Below, piece after piece: positions 37,456 through 48,744 of a stretch of 64,000 nt of DNA. The notes under the pieces were generated by a model. The model did no database searches. It was not told where the DNA came from and was given only the letters and a program-made list of their open reading frames with translations. Made by a program: the position numbers and the translations under genes. Positions within the stretch are counted from its first letter, which is position 1. Each line of letters opens with the position of its first letter. Source of the stretch: Candidatus Culexmicrobium cathedralense (lineage in GTDB: Archaea > Thermoproteota > Methanomethylicia > Culexarchaeales > Culexmicrobiaceae); assembly GCA_025061115.1 (NCBI GenBank), contig JANZKC010000003.1, positions 199,170 through 263,169 of the forward strand, in the 5' to 3' direction.

Positions 37456-38813
37456 GAACTATCGGCATCATAATAATACTACTGTTTACGTTTTCTATCC
37501 TATTTAACAGCATAACTGTTTTCGGATCTTCGGAAAAAACAGAGTTTATAGGCGGATACGTTTACTACATAATACATGCTGAAACCAAAGCGGAAGACAT
37601 AAATGATTACTTAATATTCCCTCTTCCAATAAACTACACGGACTCCTTGATGAGGCAAGAAGTTCACCTTGAGAAACTAGATGGAGACCTCGAAATATTG
37701 GAAGAAGAGGGTCTTATTTTCCTAGGTTTACAGTTAAACAAAACTGGAGGAGCTAAAGGTACAGCTTTCGTAACAATTTACGTAGCATATAACTGGTCAG
37801 TCATAACGGAGGGAAATGATAAATACATAAGACCTACAGTTCCCTCATTATCTGACTATGCTTCAAAAGATAACATACCGAAAGAGCTTATAGAAAAGTA
37901 CGTTAAAGAGCCAGATGAAGCGATTAAAAGTATAGAAAGCGAACTTGACAGCTACCTTAAAAAACACAATGTTAATATGAACAATGTAATAGAGGTAGTG
38001 TATTGGACTGCTAAATACATTATGGAAAACTTCGAGTATGAACCTAAAGGGAAGCCTAGACTACTAGGAGAAGTCATAGCTACTAGAAAAGGAGACTGCG
38101 ACGATTTGAGCGAATTATTCATAAATTTGATGTGGAAATATGGAATACCTGCACAGTTGGAGCGTGTAGGAATATATCTTAGCGGAGAGTACACAGAAAT
38201 ACCGTTAGGGATTTCAAAGATAATCTATAGAAACGTAGCTTATCATGGATACGGTATAGTGTACATTCCGGGTTGGGGTTGGATACCAGTAGATATAACT
38301 TTCAATGAAGCTGACAACCCATTCTTTAGCTCTAGATATATTACTGGAAGTGTAGTGCTCTTCGATAGAGTACTAGAGAGAAACGTTACTGTCTTCGAGG
38401 AATTTGAGTCATTTATGACGAACTATAAGACTATAATAGAAGAAGCTTATTATGATGAACGTTATCCAGCAGAAATAAGATGGAAAGAACTAATCGGAGA
38501 AGCAGAAGAACAAACTCCATTACCTACACCGAGTGAAGGAAAGCCTGTTGTCGAACCAGTTTATGTTGTAACTCCTTCAAACATAGAAGGCGAACCTTAC
38601 ATGGAAGTAAAGGTTGCTTGTGAGAGAATGGGACAATACATAGGAATAATGGCTCTAGTTTTCATAGGTTTATCCAGCATAACCCCTATCGTTACATGGC
38701 GTCTTTTCAAGAAGCTTGAAAAAGAGATTATGAAGAAGTTGGAAGAACTCTCAATAGAAAAATCTGAAAAAGCCTCCGTAGAGGTTGAGACCCATGAAGA
38801 AGTACAAAGTTGA
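37440..38813 (+). CDS. Transglutaminase-like domain surface protein
   Basis: GDCDD.S.LF, GIPA, YHGY and GWIPVDIT (Cys-His-Asp triad); signal peptide and C-terminal TM. Confidence 0.88.
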   Translation: MEKRVRTIGIIIILLFTFSILFNSITVFGSSEKTEFIGGYVYYIIHAETKAEDINDYLIFPLPINYTDSLMRQEVHLEKLDGDLEILEEEGLIFLGLQLNKTGGAKGTAFVTIYVAYNWSVITEGNDKYIRPTVPSLSDYASKDNIPKELIEKYVKEPDEAIKSIESELDSYLKKHNVNMNNVIEVVYWTAKYIMENFEYEPKGKPRLLGEVIATRKGDCDDLSELFINLMWKYGIPAQLERVGIYLSGEYTEIPLGISKIIYRNVAYHGYGIVYIPGWGWIPVDITFNEADNPFFSSRYITGSVVLFDRVLERNVTVFEEFESFMTNYKTIIEEAYYDERYPAEIRWKELIGEAEEQTPLPTPSEGKPVVEPVYVVTPSNIEGEPYMEVKVACERMGQYIGIMALVFIGLSSITPIVTWRLFKKLEKEIMKKLEELSIEKSEKASVEVETHEEVQS

Positions 38814-38990
38814 TGAACTAAAAGGAAAGCTACCTCTAAAGGAGAGCACTACCCTCTTTGTGAAGAGAAGGATTCCACTACTACCTCTTATTTTAATTGC
38901 TGTATTTTATTTCTGGCTTGCATCCCAAATAGGGATTTACGTCTTTCCTCATCTGTTTTCCTTCCTCTCTAAAGAGGTAGCTATATGTTT

Positions 38991-39398
38991 CTAGGCTTCT
39001 CGGATAATCAGTAATTCTATGTACTTTTGTGAGTATTTTGTGAGTATATCTGACAGTATATCGGCATCTTGAACTGTAATGTATCTATCTAGGTATATGA
39101 TAGATGTTCTCATATAGTTCAAAAGGAAGTCTTTAACATCCTGTTTAAGATCTTCATCTTCAATACTTTCAAGTATGTCGCTTACCACAAGGGGTTTCTG
39201 ATAGAAAGGTATCATCTTTGTAAACTGTTTCCTCTTCTTTTCCACCTCCTTAACTGCCTTGAAAAGTATGAGTAGAGCTAATTTTGGATTCAGTACGTGT
39301 ATTCCATGCTTTCTTCGTGATAACGCATATACTATCAAGTAGAGCGGTCTCGGCAGTATAATCTCTTCGTACTCTTTGCAAATTATCGTAATTTTCAT
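38991..39398 (-). CDS. Hypothetical protein
   Basis: 135-aa ORF, divergent from the 39499 gene. Confidence 0.6.
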   Translation of the reverse strand: MKITIICKEYEEIILPRPLYLIVYALSRRKHGIHVLNPKLALLILFKAVKEVEKKRKQFTKMIPFYQKPLVVSDILESIEDEDLKQDVKDFLLNYMRTSIIYLDRYITVQDADILSDILTKYSQKYIELLIIREA

Positions 39399-39498
39399 TA
39401 CCTTTTCCCAATTTAAGATACTTCGAAGATGTCTTATATTCCGCCTCTTTCATTGAATGGTATGGCATATATTTAGAGTTTGAAAAGAGAATACATAG

Positions 39499-41514
39499 GT
39501 GGCTGGATTGTTGGAAAAAGAAAACAAGGCAAAAATGCATATCGCTAAATATGTTATGTCGGTGCAGGAAGCTCCAGAGTTCTCACATAAGAACAAGTAT
39601 TACGAAGACGGGTTGAATGTGCTTAAAGGGAACGGCGGGTTGAATTCTTCTATTGTTTTACCGTTAACGTTTAAATGTCTAGATGATTTTCTAAAGATTT
39701 CGCCAGTACTAGAAGAAGCCGAAATCACCTTGAAAATGCCTCCACCACAGGCGAGAACGATTCTCTCCTTTCTAACTATGGCTTATGCCGATAGACTCTT
39801 CATGAAACACATTGATTTACTAAGAGAGAAAACGAAGCTTTCTAATGAAACAATTGCTGTTATGAGGGCTTCTCTCACAAAATCAGTTGCTTTAACATTA
39901 GCTGGTCTTACTGTAATGACCGACCTTAGAGAAGGAAGAATAACGACACAGGAAGAGTTTACGAACGCTTACAATAAGTACTTTAGACTCTTCTACACTA
40001 GATGTTTAGCATACGACATTTTCATGGGATATCTACTGGACACTAACACCCTCGATCCACTAAAAAAGATAGGAGTGGAAATCCCAAAAGGTGTTGCGAA
40101 TTATTATCTCTCAATGTATTATCTTGCTAAGAACTTCAATGCAACCTACCTTAAATGGGAAAACGACGTTGTAAACTATCTTTCAAAAACTAATTTGAAA
40201 GCCTACCTAGAAGAAGCTACTAAACCGCTGACAAATGCTATGCCACAACAACTCTACTTCTTTGAAGACCTGAAACATAGAACATTCCTTCAAATCAAAC
40301 TGTTAGGGCAGTTAGAAACTGGAATGTTCATCAAAATTGATTCGAAGGGTCAAATGTCTTTTTACCCAGCTTTAATGTATGCCTATGATTTAATGGAGAA
40401 CCTTCGAAAAACTGACGACTACTTCATTATAGGTGGAGTGGTTTGGATGTGGGCTGAAGCTGATAGAACATTTGAAATGCTTGCAGAAGACCTCGGTAAA
40501 AGAGGTAAATTTCCAGAAACATCAGACGACGTTTGGAATGTCTTAGACAACATTAAGCCACCTCTAGTTGAAGGAATACTTGAAGGAAAACTGAACAACG
40601 TGAGAAGAGTAGGTGTAAAAGGACTATCCTACATATCCGCTTTAAGCTTAATAGGTGCAGAGTCGAGAATAGGGATTAAAGTGAATCCAGAAACTCTAAC
40701 AGTCTACATTTTATCAGCTATAAACGACTCCAAAATAAAATCTTTGCCGATAGATGAGAAAAAAGGTAATATAGCGTATTGTCTTTGCAGATTCTATCAG
40801 TTCACCTTACAAAACATGTTCTTCCTAAGCAAAAGCGTTCCGTTTATAGTTAAAAGCGAGGAAGCTTTTGGTGTCCTAGAAAAGTTTTATGGACTAGAAA
40901 AAGACTTCAGCGAAAAGAAAGTTGAGAAATGGTGGGGTAAAATGTTTGGAACGAAGAAAGTAGACGTAGAATTCGATAAGTTCGTTAAAACTTTCCCCAC
41001 AACTCCTCTAGGAGAGTATGTTAGATTCCTCTTAACACACGGAACATCTGTAGCATACAAAAAGAACGCTCCTTATAAAGTAATAGAACCTGAAGTTTTA
41101 AGAACTATGGAACAGGATTTGGAAACATTATATACCGGAATAAACGGTCTCTACAAGTACTTTTATGAAAACTACGAGAAAAGGTTTCTAGAAGCAGGTA
41201 GGTCATTAAAAGAAGGCTTACAAATAGGCGAACCTCTCCCGCTACTACAAGTGTTTCTAGCTACTTACACACCCACAGTTTTACTTATTAAATCGCATTT
41301 TAAGGAAATAATGGACATCCATAAGGATGTGGTTGAATTGGAACTTAAGCCTTACGGAGGAGATGCGTATAGAGAAGGAGAACTGAGAATGAAGCTTCAA
41401 GAAGAATCATGTATTAAAACGTTGGAAAAGCTAAAAACCTTTGGAGAGAACTTCGCCTTCACATCTCAATCCATCGCTGAAAGCCGTACTAAAGGAAACC
41501 TCTCGTATATGTAA
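39499..41514 (+). CDS. Large soluble hypothetical protein
   Basis: 671-aa intact ORF; no motif recognised. Confidence 0.75.
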   Translation: MAGLLEKENKAKMHIAKYVMSVQEAPEFSHKNKYYEDGLNVLKGNGGLNSSIVLPLTFKCLDDFLKISPVLEEAEITLKMPPPQARTILSFLTMAYADRLFMKHIDLLREKTKLSNETIAVMRASLTKSVALTLAGLTVMTDLREGRITTQEEFTNAYNKYFRLFYTRCLAYDIFMGYLLDTNTLDPLKKIGVEIPKGVANYYLSMYYLAKNFNATYLKWENDVVNYLSKTNLKAYLEEATKPLTNAMPQQLYFFEDLKHRTFLQIKLLGQLETGMFIKIDSKGQMSFYPALMYAYDLMENLRKTDDYFIIGGVVWMWAEADRTFEMLAEDLGKRGKFPETSDDVWNVLDNIKPPLVEGILEGKLNNVRRVGVKGLSYISALSLIGAESRIGIKVNPETLTVYILSAINDSKIKSLPIDEKKGNIAYCLCRFYQFTLQNMFFLSKSVPFIVKSEEAFGVLEKFYGLEKDFSEKKVEKWWGKMFGTKKVDVEFDKFVKTFPTTPLGEYVRFLLTHGTSVAYKKNAPYKVIEPEVLRTMEQDLETLYTGINGLYKYFYENYEKRFLEAGRSLKEGLQIGEPLPLLQVFLATYTPTVLLIKSHFKEIMDIHKDVVELELKPYGGDAYREGELRMKLQEESCIKTLEKLKTFGENFAFTSQSIAESRTKGNLSYM

Positions 41515-41844
41515 GTTAAGTTGAAAGAGCTACTTTATACGGCTTTTTTATCCTGCAATTTTACCTTAATTAGTTATTATTTTCTCAAATAATTGTGTAC
41601 CAATAACCTAATCCCTATAAGGACAGAGAACTCTTTTTCCTAACTTTCGTTTCCAACTATTAGAATATGGCTCTAAGGTACTATATGCAAAGACTACCTA
41701 CTTTAAGATCTTCTGCTCATAGTGATCAAACTTTTCCCTAATTGTCTTGATAACATTTAGTGGTACTTCATGCCTAATCAACGCCCATGCAATTCTCATA
41801 ATAAAATCTTCAATTGTAAGCTCAGCCCCCTCTATGAATAGTAG

Positions 41845-42348
41845 TTAGACTATACAAAAATGTATAAACAACTACTTACCAGGATAAAGGAACATTATAG
41901 GCGTAAGGCCTTCAAGCATTATACCTATGCTGTAATATTGTTAATTCAGCTAAGGAATGGTGCTAGGGTTTCTGAAGCTATTGAGGCTTTAAGGAAGTTT
42001 ATTGAGACTGGAACTAGGAAGGTTGAGGTTAGAGTGCGTAAGCATAAGCGACCTGAGTTCCGATTAATGGTATTACCAAAGGAGTTGTCGCCTAGGGACT
42101 TGCTACCATGCAGTCCTGTATTGGAAGAAGCTGATGATAAGAAGTTAAAGAAGAGGGTACAGTTGTACGCTAGGAAGGAGCTGGGGATTAATACTCATAG
42201 TCTTAGGTATGCGTTCATAACTTACCTACTCAAGAAGGGAGTTAGCCCCAGCATAATTGCTAAGATAACTCACCATAAGAATCTGAATTACATCCTGACT
42301 TATACTCAGCAGAAGACGGCTGATAAAATACTGGAAGATCTGCCTTAA
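41845..42348 (+). CDS. Small tyrosine recombinase (catalytic domain only, N-terminus probably truncated)
   Basis: QLRNGARVSEA, THSLRYAF, ITHH and YTQ motifs; the frame opens at LDY (41845) directly after a TAG. Confidence 0.85.
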   Translation, partial: LDYTKMYKQLLTRIKEHYRRKAFKHYTYAVILLIQLRNGARVSEAIEALRKFIETGTRKVEVRVRKHKRPEFRLMVLPKELSPRDLLPCSPVLEEADDKKLKKRVQLYARKELGINTHSLRYAFITYLLKKGVSPSIIAKITHHKNLNYILTYTQQKTADKILEDLP

Positions 42349-42587
42349 TTGGATTTTTGTTTCGCTTTCGTATGCGAAGAAATATCTTCGAATATGGGCA
42401 AGAAAGAGAATGTATGAGTGTGGTCTCTATCAAACATTTGAATAAAACTCTCTCCCTATAATTAATAAAATGAATGTTAGTGTTAGGCTATGTATTCTGA
42501 AGAAGCATGTTTACAAGTAAGTAGACAGTTCCTAGTAAAAAATTATTTATTCTTCTCTTCTTTAGAAAAACTTATTGGAAGATAAGG

Positions 42588-43676
42588 ATGAGTAAGTATG
42601 TTAAGTATGCTGAGGAGCATGTACTGAAGGAAGTAAGAAAGGCAAAGTCAACATGGAAGGGCTGGATTAAGAAGTATACACTATCTTTCACTCCACTAAT
42701 TGCACTTGCTGTTTACCACATTCTTGTCATGGCTCTAAAGACATTCTTACCGCCAAGTTGGTTTGAAGGGTTAAAATTTATAGTGAAACTCTTAGGAAGC
42801 CTGTTCTTTTCATTCTTGAGCATACCCTATTCAATATTCCAACCATCGAGTGAAATAGACAAAATGGGAGCAGTCTTCGAAGAAATGTCTCTCATAGTTT
42901 CAGCACTCTTCTTCTTATTTGCAGTATTCTGGGTTGTAAGGAGCAAAGAGGCAGAAACATCGGTAGGTTTAGCGTTGCTATTTACTGTCGTGGGAGGTAT
43001 AATTATAGGATTGTCAAGTAAAGCAGAAGGCTATGCTGTGTTAATCGAGATAGCTAAGGCTTCAAGAAACATAGTGTTGCCTTGTAGTATTATAGCTTCA
43101 CTACTTACATTCGCTGGAACAGAGCTTTTCAGAAGGTCAATAACCTATACTCTTACAGATGTAGCCGTCGAGTTCATTGGAGGTATATGGCGAAGGCAGA
43201 GACATGCAATAAGCTACGAGGATATAGGTAGGGTTATTGTAGAGCAATCAGCCATAGGGAAAGCTCTAGGATATGGAACGGTGATTCCCGTAACTAAATC
43301 AGCGTGGGGCGAGGAGTACTATACAAGGGCTGTTGGAGGCGGGGTTGTTGGTAGAGGGATAGGGGCTGGAGTGGGTTATGCTAGAACATTACAGAAGATA
43401 AGTAGAGATCCTATGAAGGTACTCTACGCCGTTCCAAAACCATTCGAGATTGGTAGTTTTATTGAACAAATGATACATACAAAGTTCAGAGCACCAATAG
43501 ACCAAGTCTACGAGCTGAGGGATATCAAGGGATTGCTAAAGAAGACTATTGAGGAGGAAGGAGAGTGGAGCGAAATTCGAAGAGAGGCTATGCAAGAACA
43601 ACTTGAGGCTCTGAAGAAACAAATGAAAGAGAGTAAAAACGAAGCCTTCAAGGAGAATAGGGAGGAAAAGAAATGA
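42588..43676 (+). CDS. Membrane protein with bacterial PH (bPH_2/DUF304) domain
   Basis: YTLTD...GG.W.R...I.Y.DI..V.VEQS..G..LGYGTV motif following TMs. Confidence 0.8.
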   Translation: MSKYVKYAEEHVLKEVRKAKSTWKGWIKKYTLSFTPLIALAVYHILVMALKTFLPPSWFEGLKFIVKLLGSLFFSFLSIPYSIFQPSSEIDKMGAVFEEMSLIVSALFFLFAVFWVVRSKEAETSVGLALLFTVVGGIIIGLSSKAEGYAVLIEIAKASRNIVLPCSIIASLLTFAGTELFRRSITYTLTDVAVEFIGGIWRRQRHAISYEDIGRVIVEQSAIGKALGYGTVIPVTKSAWGEEYYTRAVGGGVVGRGIGAGVGYARTLQKISRDPMKVLYAVPKPFEIGSFIEQMIHTKFRAPIDQVYELRDIKGLLKKTIEEEGEWSEIRREAMQEQLEALKKQMKESKNEAFKENREEKK

Positions 43677-43748
43677 TGAACTAAATACTTGATTTGAGCG
43701 TTTTAAGAAACCACGATAACTTCTTTATCAGTTGTACGTTGAGATTAA

Positions 43749-44297
43749 CTAGCTTTGCTTCCAAGCTTTTTTGAACTTTCGCGCGAGCCAGAGTCCAAAG
43801 GCTACGTAGCCTGGAAGAGAGAGAACTCCTAGTTGGAAATGGGTTTTAACCGCTAGTATGTTGTACCATGTTAAGGCTAGGAGGGTCTCAGGAGACAAAG
43901 GTAAGCCACTTAGGGAGAGAGCGATAGGAAGTAGCAGAAGCACATCTTTGATTAAGATTATAGTTGCTAAGATTCCACCGAAGATGATCGCCCACTTGGA
44001 TTGGGGTTCCCGCCATCCCCAAAGTATTGTAGCTATCATGAAGAGAAGTGGATAGAGCAACCAGATAAATAGCAGGGGAGAAGTTAAAGTCATATATGCT
44101 CCTGGAGTGGTCTCAGGATTGAACGTTTTGTACTTCTCTAAGTAATTGCCTAGGAGAGCAATACCCCATGTTATGAAGGGAGCGCCTATTCCTAGGTAAG
44201 CAATGAACGCGTTAAAATGTCCACCTCTCTTTTTCAGTATTGTGTAAGCAGTAATTCCTCCGAATACTGGTCCTAGGATGAACCTCAATACCAGCAA
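43749..44297 (-). CDS. Multi-pass membrane protein (probably 5'-truncated)
   Basis: About 5 TMs; weak TTG start abutting an opposite-strand fragment. Confidence 0.6.
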   Translation of the reverse strand: MLVLRFILGPVFGGITAYTILKKRGGHFNAFIAYLGIGAPFITWGIALLGNYLEKYKTFNPETTPGAYMTLTSPLLFIWLLYPLLFMIATILWGWREPQSKWAIIFGGILATIILIKDVLLLLPIALSLSGLPLSPETLLALTWYNILAVKTHFQLGVLSLPGYVAFGLWLARKFKKAWKQS

Positions 44298-44523
44298 TTC
44301 CAGCTCGAATACTTTAAGTACAACATCATGCGTATTGATGATAATTCTGTTTATAACAGCACTCGAAGCAATTATATACCTACTATATAGGGGATGAACC
44401 TCCTTTATTACATCTATAACTTATTTTCTTATTATTCTTGTAAAGCCGCCTTCTCTATATTGTTTCTTCTCTTGAAGAGTCCTTAGGATTTGTTGAAGTC
44501 ACTCTTTATCACCCCTCCTAATA

Positions 44524-44967
44524 TCATTCAACAAACTCTTCAGGATCTATCCTTCTCCTAAGTTTCTCACTTTGCCTTACTAAGAATTTAGCTAGTAGAC
44601 GTAAGTAGCTTTCAGCTGACTCCTCATCACCTGAGAAGAGATCAACAAGAATCCTATAAAACACTGCAGGCTCATTAACGAATGTTTGATCTAAGTCTCT
44701 CCCTCTTCTTCTAAAATGAATGCTTAAGATAGTTCCTGGATAGCAGAACGAATCTAATAATTCAGACAACCTAAACACTAAACCATGCCTCTCCCTACCC
44801 GAATTATAACAGGACAGCCCTTGCCCCTTACACCTAGCATAGGGAGATCCTTTCATATCCCCATCCTTCCTCAAACATTTCCTCCTCATGAGGAAGGAGA
44901 GGGGGATCTCCCTAAGTGGGAGTTTAGTAATTGTACTTAATGCCCCATGATAGTATTTTTGAATCAA
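44524..44967 (-). CDS. Hypothetical protein (possibly fragmentary)
   Basis: 147-aa ORF. Confidence 0.45.
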   Translation of the reverse strand: MIQKYYHGALSTITKLPLREIPLSFLMRRKCLRKDGDMKGSPYARCKGQGLSCYNSGRERHGLVFRLSELLDSFCYPGTILSIHFRRRGRDLDQTFVNEPAVFYRILVDLFSGDEESAESYLRLLAKFLVRQSEKLRRRIDPEEFVE

Positions 44968-45192
44968 TTAATTATAAGGATTTAAAGTATCATATAGTTC
45001 CATTTTAGTTCCGGCTTTTATGTCTAATTGGTATGTTGTAGTATCAATGCAGAAATTACTTATAGAAGATGCACCGTGTATATAGAAGTTTATGTAATTG
45101 TGTTAGAGGAATATCGCTCATGCTGCCTTAATAAAGCCTTATAAAGGTTAAAGATCTTATAAATAATGAAGGCTAAAGGTTAGTGATAGGTA

Positions 45193-45569
45193 ATGAATGT
45201 GGAGGTTTTTGAGAGGGAAGGGTTGAGGGTTGTAAGGGAGGGGGTTTGGAGGGGTTTTTCTGGTATAAAGCATTTTTCGATCTAATAATTGAAGATCCTA
45301 ATAGTGGTAATAGGGTGGCAGTAACTATTACCGACAAGCTAGAACCTAAACATATTATGTCCATGGTGATGGCTAGAATAGATGCGAAAATACCTCATAC
45401 AGTAATCACCTCTGGTGAAATAGATCCTAGTGTTGAGGAGTTGCTTGAGGACACTAATATTGTAGTAATACCTTTGAGAAAAGTCTCAATAGTTGGTATT
45501 TTATCCAAGGAATCAGGGGAGAAATTGCTAATAGAAATCCTCAAGATACTAGGAGGACTTAAGAAATAA
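45193..45569 (+). pseudogene. Frameshifted Mrr-like restriction-endonuclease-fold protein
   Basis: ATG 45193 frame reads ...RGFSGIKHF; adding one T to the T5 run at 45273-45277 gives the G.SG..H.FD motif joined to FDLIIEDP.... Confidence 0.55.
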
Positions 45570-45680
45570 GAATACAACTCAACTCCTCTTCTTATTTTCT
45601 TAAATGTTGTCATCATTTAAGAAGTTTTAATTAGACAAGGTTGTAAGATTACTGTGCGACAAGTAATAAAACTATTAAAA

Positions 45681-47324
45681 TTATCTCTTTCTTACTGTGA
45701 GCCTACCTATTGCGAATCCAACTATGAATAATGCTACTCCTGTTATTACTGTTTTCGTCCAATCTATTTCTTCCGAAGGTACTGTTTCTGTTTCCTCTAG
45801 TGTTTGGTTAAGTAGCTGTTCTGTTTCGCTCTTTGTTGGCTCAGCTTCGCTTTCTGTTAGAAATACTAAGTCTTTATACTTGCTGAAGACCACCAACACC
45901 TTTGTGGGTTCTGTTTCGTACATGTTATCTGCGAAATCGAATGTTTTAATTGTGAATGTTAGGTTGAAGGCAACTACAGGGTATGTCTTATAATAAGTTT
46001 CTATCGTCTCCGGAACTGATATTTCATGGGTGTAGAACGTACCGTTAAAGTTAAGATAGTTCGTCCGAAAGAATATTTTTGTTACATCATATTTTTTAGT
46101 GATTCCTAAAATCGTGTCGTAATAAACTATTGTTGCATTAATTGGCACGATAAATACTGGCAAAGCTTGTCTTTCAAGGAAACTTAGTTTCTTGAATGTC
46201 TCTAGCTTAGTCGCAATCTCTATCTTGTATGGCTTATCTGTAACGATAACCTCGAGAGTCGGTTTTTCAACGCAGATTACTACGTTGAATTCTCTCCCTT
46301 TTGGAGGTGTTTTAAGCCAAGGATGAAAATCGATCTCATTACCTATTCCTTCTATTCTAGAACCCTTGCCTTCTTCGTAAACTCCGGGGAAATTAGGACC
46401 CGAAGGGTCTCCCCACCAGTTGTTTTCAGCAATATTTGTTTTTCTAGAGTACCTTACTGATACTGTTTGCTGGAAGAAGCTACAATTTGTCAGAATAAGT
46501 TCTGCATCTTCATCTGAATAGAGGTATGTTGATCCTAAGAAGAAAACCGAGTCTCTAACCTCCATCCTTCCCTCATTAGAATCGAGATCTGCATTGTTAA
46601 CGAAAATATTCTTTAGTGTAACGTTGCCCCAACAACTTATTTCAAGATTCCTAAAAACAGCGTTTTATATTTTAACGTTGATGCCCGAAATAGATAGTCT
46701 ACCTGCTGTTATATTAACTAACCTTATGAAGAACATTGGACTATCATGAGCATAAATTTCTATATTATTGTAAACTATCATGTTTCTAATAGTTAGTGTA
46801 GAGTTCCTTCCTTCATGCACATCAAAATCGTTTTTGACAGCAATATTTTCCAAAAGAATGTTGCTATCAGATATCTCTCCAAATGTAAGGTAGTTTTCGA
46901 AAATTACATGCTTAGCAATAAACTTTCCGTTATAGATATTAATTGCACTCCAAGGATCCGGCTTATAATATACAATTACCGGTTTTCTAGGTTCTCCTAA
47001 GAGTTCTACTGTCCCGTAGAAGTTTACTGAAAGTGCCTCTCCTATTTTAATTATTGTTCCTGGGAGAACTTTGAGGTGCCCTCTGACCTCAATATTCTTC
47101 GTTATAATGTATGGACTTCCTTCTGGACCCCAAACAACATCGCCTTCAACATCGGTCTCTATTATTGTTGGACCCTCCCCCTTAACATGTGTGCAATATG
47201 TTAATGTTGAGACCATAGCCAATATTATCGCTAGCACGAATATCTTCCGAGAAAACATTCTCCTCACTCCCTCTATCATCAAGAATAATTCTTCATTTTT
47301 AAATAGTTTTCTTTCAATTATCAC
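45681..47324 (-). pseudogene. Parallel beta-helix surface protein interrupted by one in-frame TAA
   Basis: Track ORFs 46665..47324 and 45681..46565 share a frame; only the TAA at 46665-46667 separates them. W...GSPYII and NNWWGDPSGP motifs, signal peptide, C-terminal TM. Confidence 0.8.
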
Positions 47325-47718
47325 ATTTTTATCTAAAAGTAAATCAAGAAGAGGTTCGAGAATGAGATGTTGAAGCCGTTAAAGTTAGTAGAGCTTAGTG
47401 TCTGTATTGTTCTTGAGGATTTATGCAGGGCTTAGCGTTAATTTATTGAGTTTAAAGTAAGTAAAAGTTTAGACATGAGGGAGAGAAGAGGAGATGTTAT
47501 ATTTCGGTTTCCTAAAAATTAACTCGGGGGTGTTGATGAACCTCTTCACCAAAAAGTCAGCGACCAGAAACTTCCCTGAAAATTATTCAGCGACGATTCC
47601 ATAGACTCTCTCCCAAGCTAACTAAGAGTTATTGCGGCAATATAATGCTCATGGCAGTAGTTTACACTATTTCACAGGTAAGACTTAACAAAATTTCTGA
47701 GATTCAAGACCAGTTATG

Positions 47719-48216
47719 TTAATTACTTGCCAACTTGTCGATTTTAGCTATCAGCTCTCTTTTATTTACTCTCCTTACAAGGATAGTGTCTATTCCTATA
47801 CGCTCCGCATATATGGCCATAGGCTCATCATCCGTTATTAACGTCGCATTATAGAGCTTAGCAATTGTCATAAAATAAGTATCGAAACCACTAGCTCCTG
47901 TTTCAAGAGCCAAATCGACAACTGAATTCCTGATCTCCTCCTCATAAATCACTTGGTAATTCTCCGTAGTTCTCAGGGACTCTACTACCTCTTTGGCTAA
48001 GCTTTTCGAAGTAAGTCTTGTCAATACGCCTGCTACCTCCACGAGGGCCGCGGAAGGCAAAAGCACTTTTATCCGCTTCTCCTTTAGCAAACGTATCAGT
48101 AGCCTTGATTTCTCATGCGTTTTGATTTCACGCTCATAGATGTCTCTAGGTAGCCATCTACCAGGCTTTAGAATTGCCTTCACTATTATGCTCGTGTCGA
48201 GTACCACCTTACCCAA
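47719..48216 (-). CDS. vapC: VapC PIN-domain toxin
   Basis: VVLDTS, EVAG, FDTYF and LITDD motifs. Confidence 0.9.
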   Translation of the reverse strand: MGKVVLDTSIIVKAILKPGRWLPRDIYEREIKTHEKSRLLIRLLKEKRIKVLLPSAALVEVAGVLTRLTSKSLAKEVVESLRTTENYQVIYEEEIRNSVVDLALETGASGFDTYFMTIAKLYNATLITDDEPMAIYAERIGIDTILVRRVNKRELIAKIDKLASN

Positions 48217-48410
48217 CGTTCCCTACCCTCTTGGAGAACCTTTTCGACATCTCTTTTAGCCTCAATGTTACTTTCCCTAACGAGCTTGGTAAACTCCCTA
48301 GGGAGTATGATTATTCTCACTTCTTCACCTTCTCTAAGCTCAACCTCTTCTAAAGGCTTCAGAACACCTTTTTCAAACTTAGCACGAATAACCTTGGACA
48401 CGCACATCAC
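48186..48410 (-). CDS. AF2212/DUF104-family antitoxin
   Basis: I.A.FE.GVLKPL..V.L.EGE.V motif; overlaps the toxin. Confidence 0.88.
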   Translation of the reverse strand: MMCVSKVIRAKFEKGVLKPLEEVELREGEEVRIIILPREFTKLVRESNIEAKRDVEKVLQEGRERWVRWYSTRA

Positions 48411-48744
48411 CTAGTAAGTAGTAGGATTAGACATTATTAAACAAACTGTTGTGAACACTTATTTTAAACGACGTGTTTAAATCTTAATAACTATTAAAGA
48501 AGACCGACTCGAAGACGAAGTATTTGAAAGGATACCTACCTCCATAAGAAGCTTCCTATCAGAGCCTACAGCTACGTTATTCTCAGACCAAAGCCAATTA
48601 TCAACGTCATCCTTAAGTAATCCTTCCCACTCGCCCTCAATCTATTCCTCAGATTAACTAGCCTAAGAGTATCCAATGGTGTCTTAGGTCTCTTAAGCCT
48701 CTCCCTCATTTCCCTATTATGCTATCTGAGAAGCTTCAATGGGC

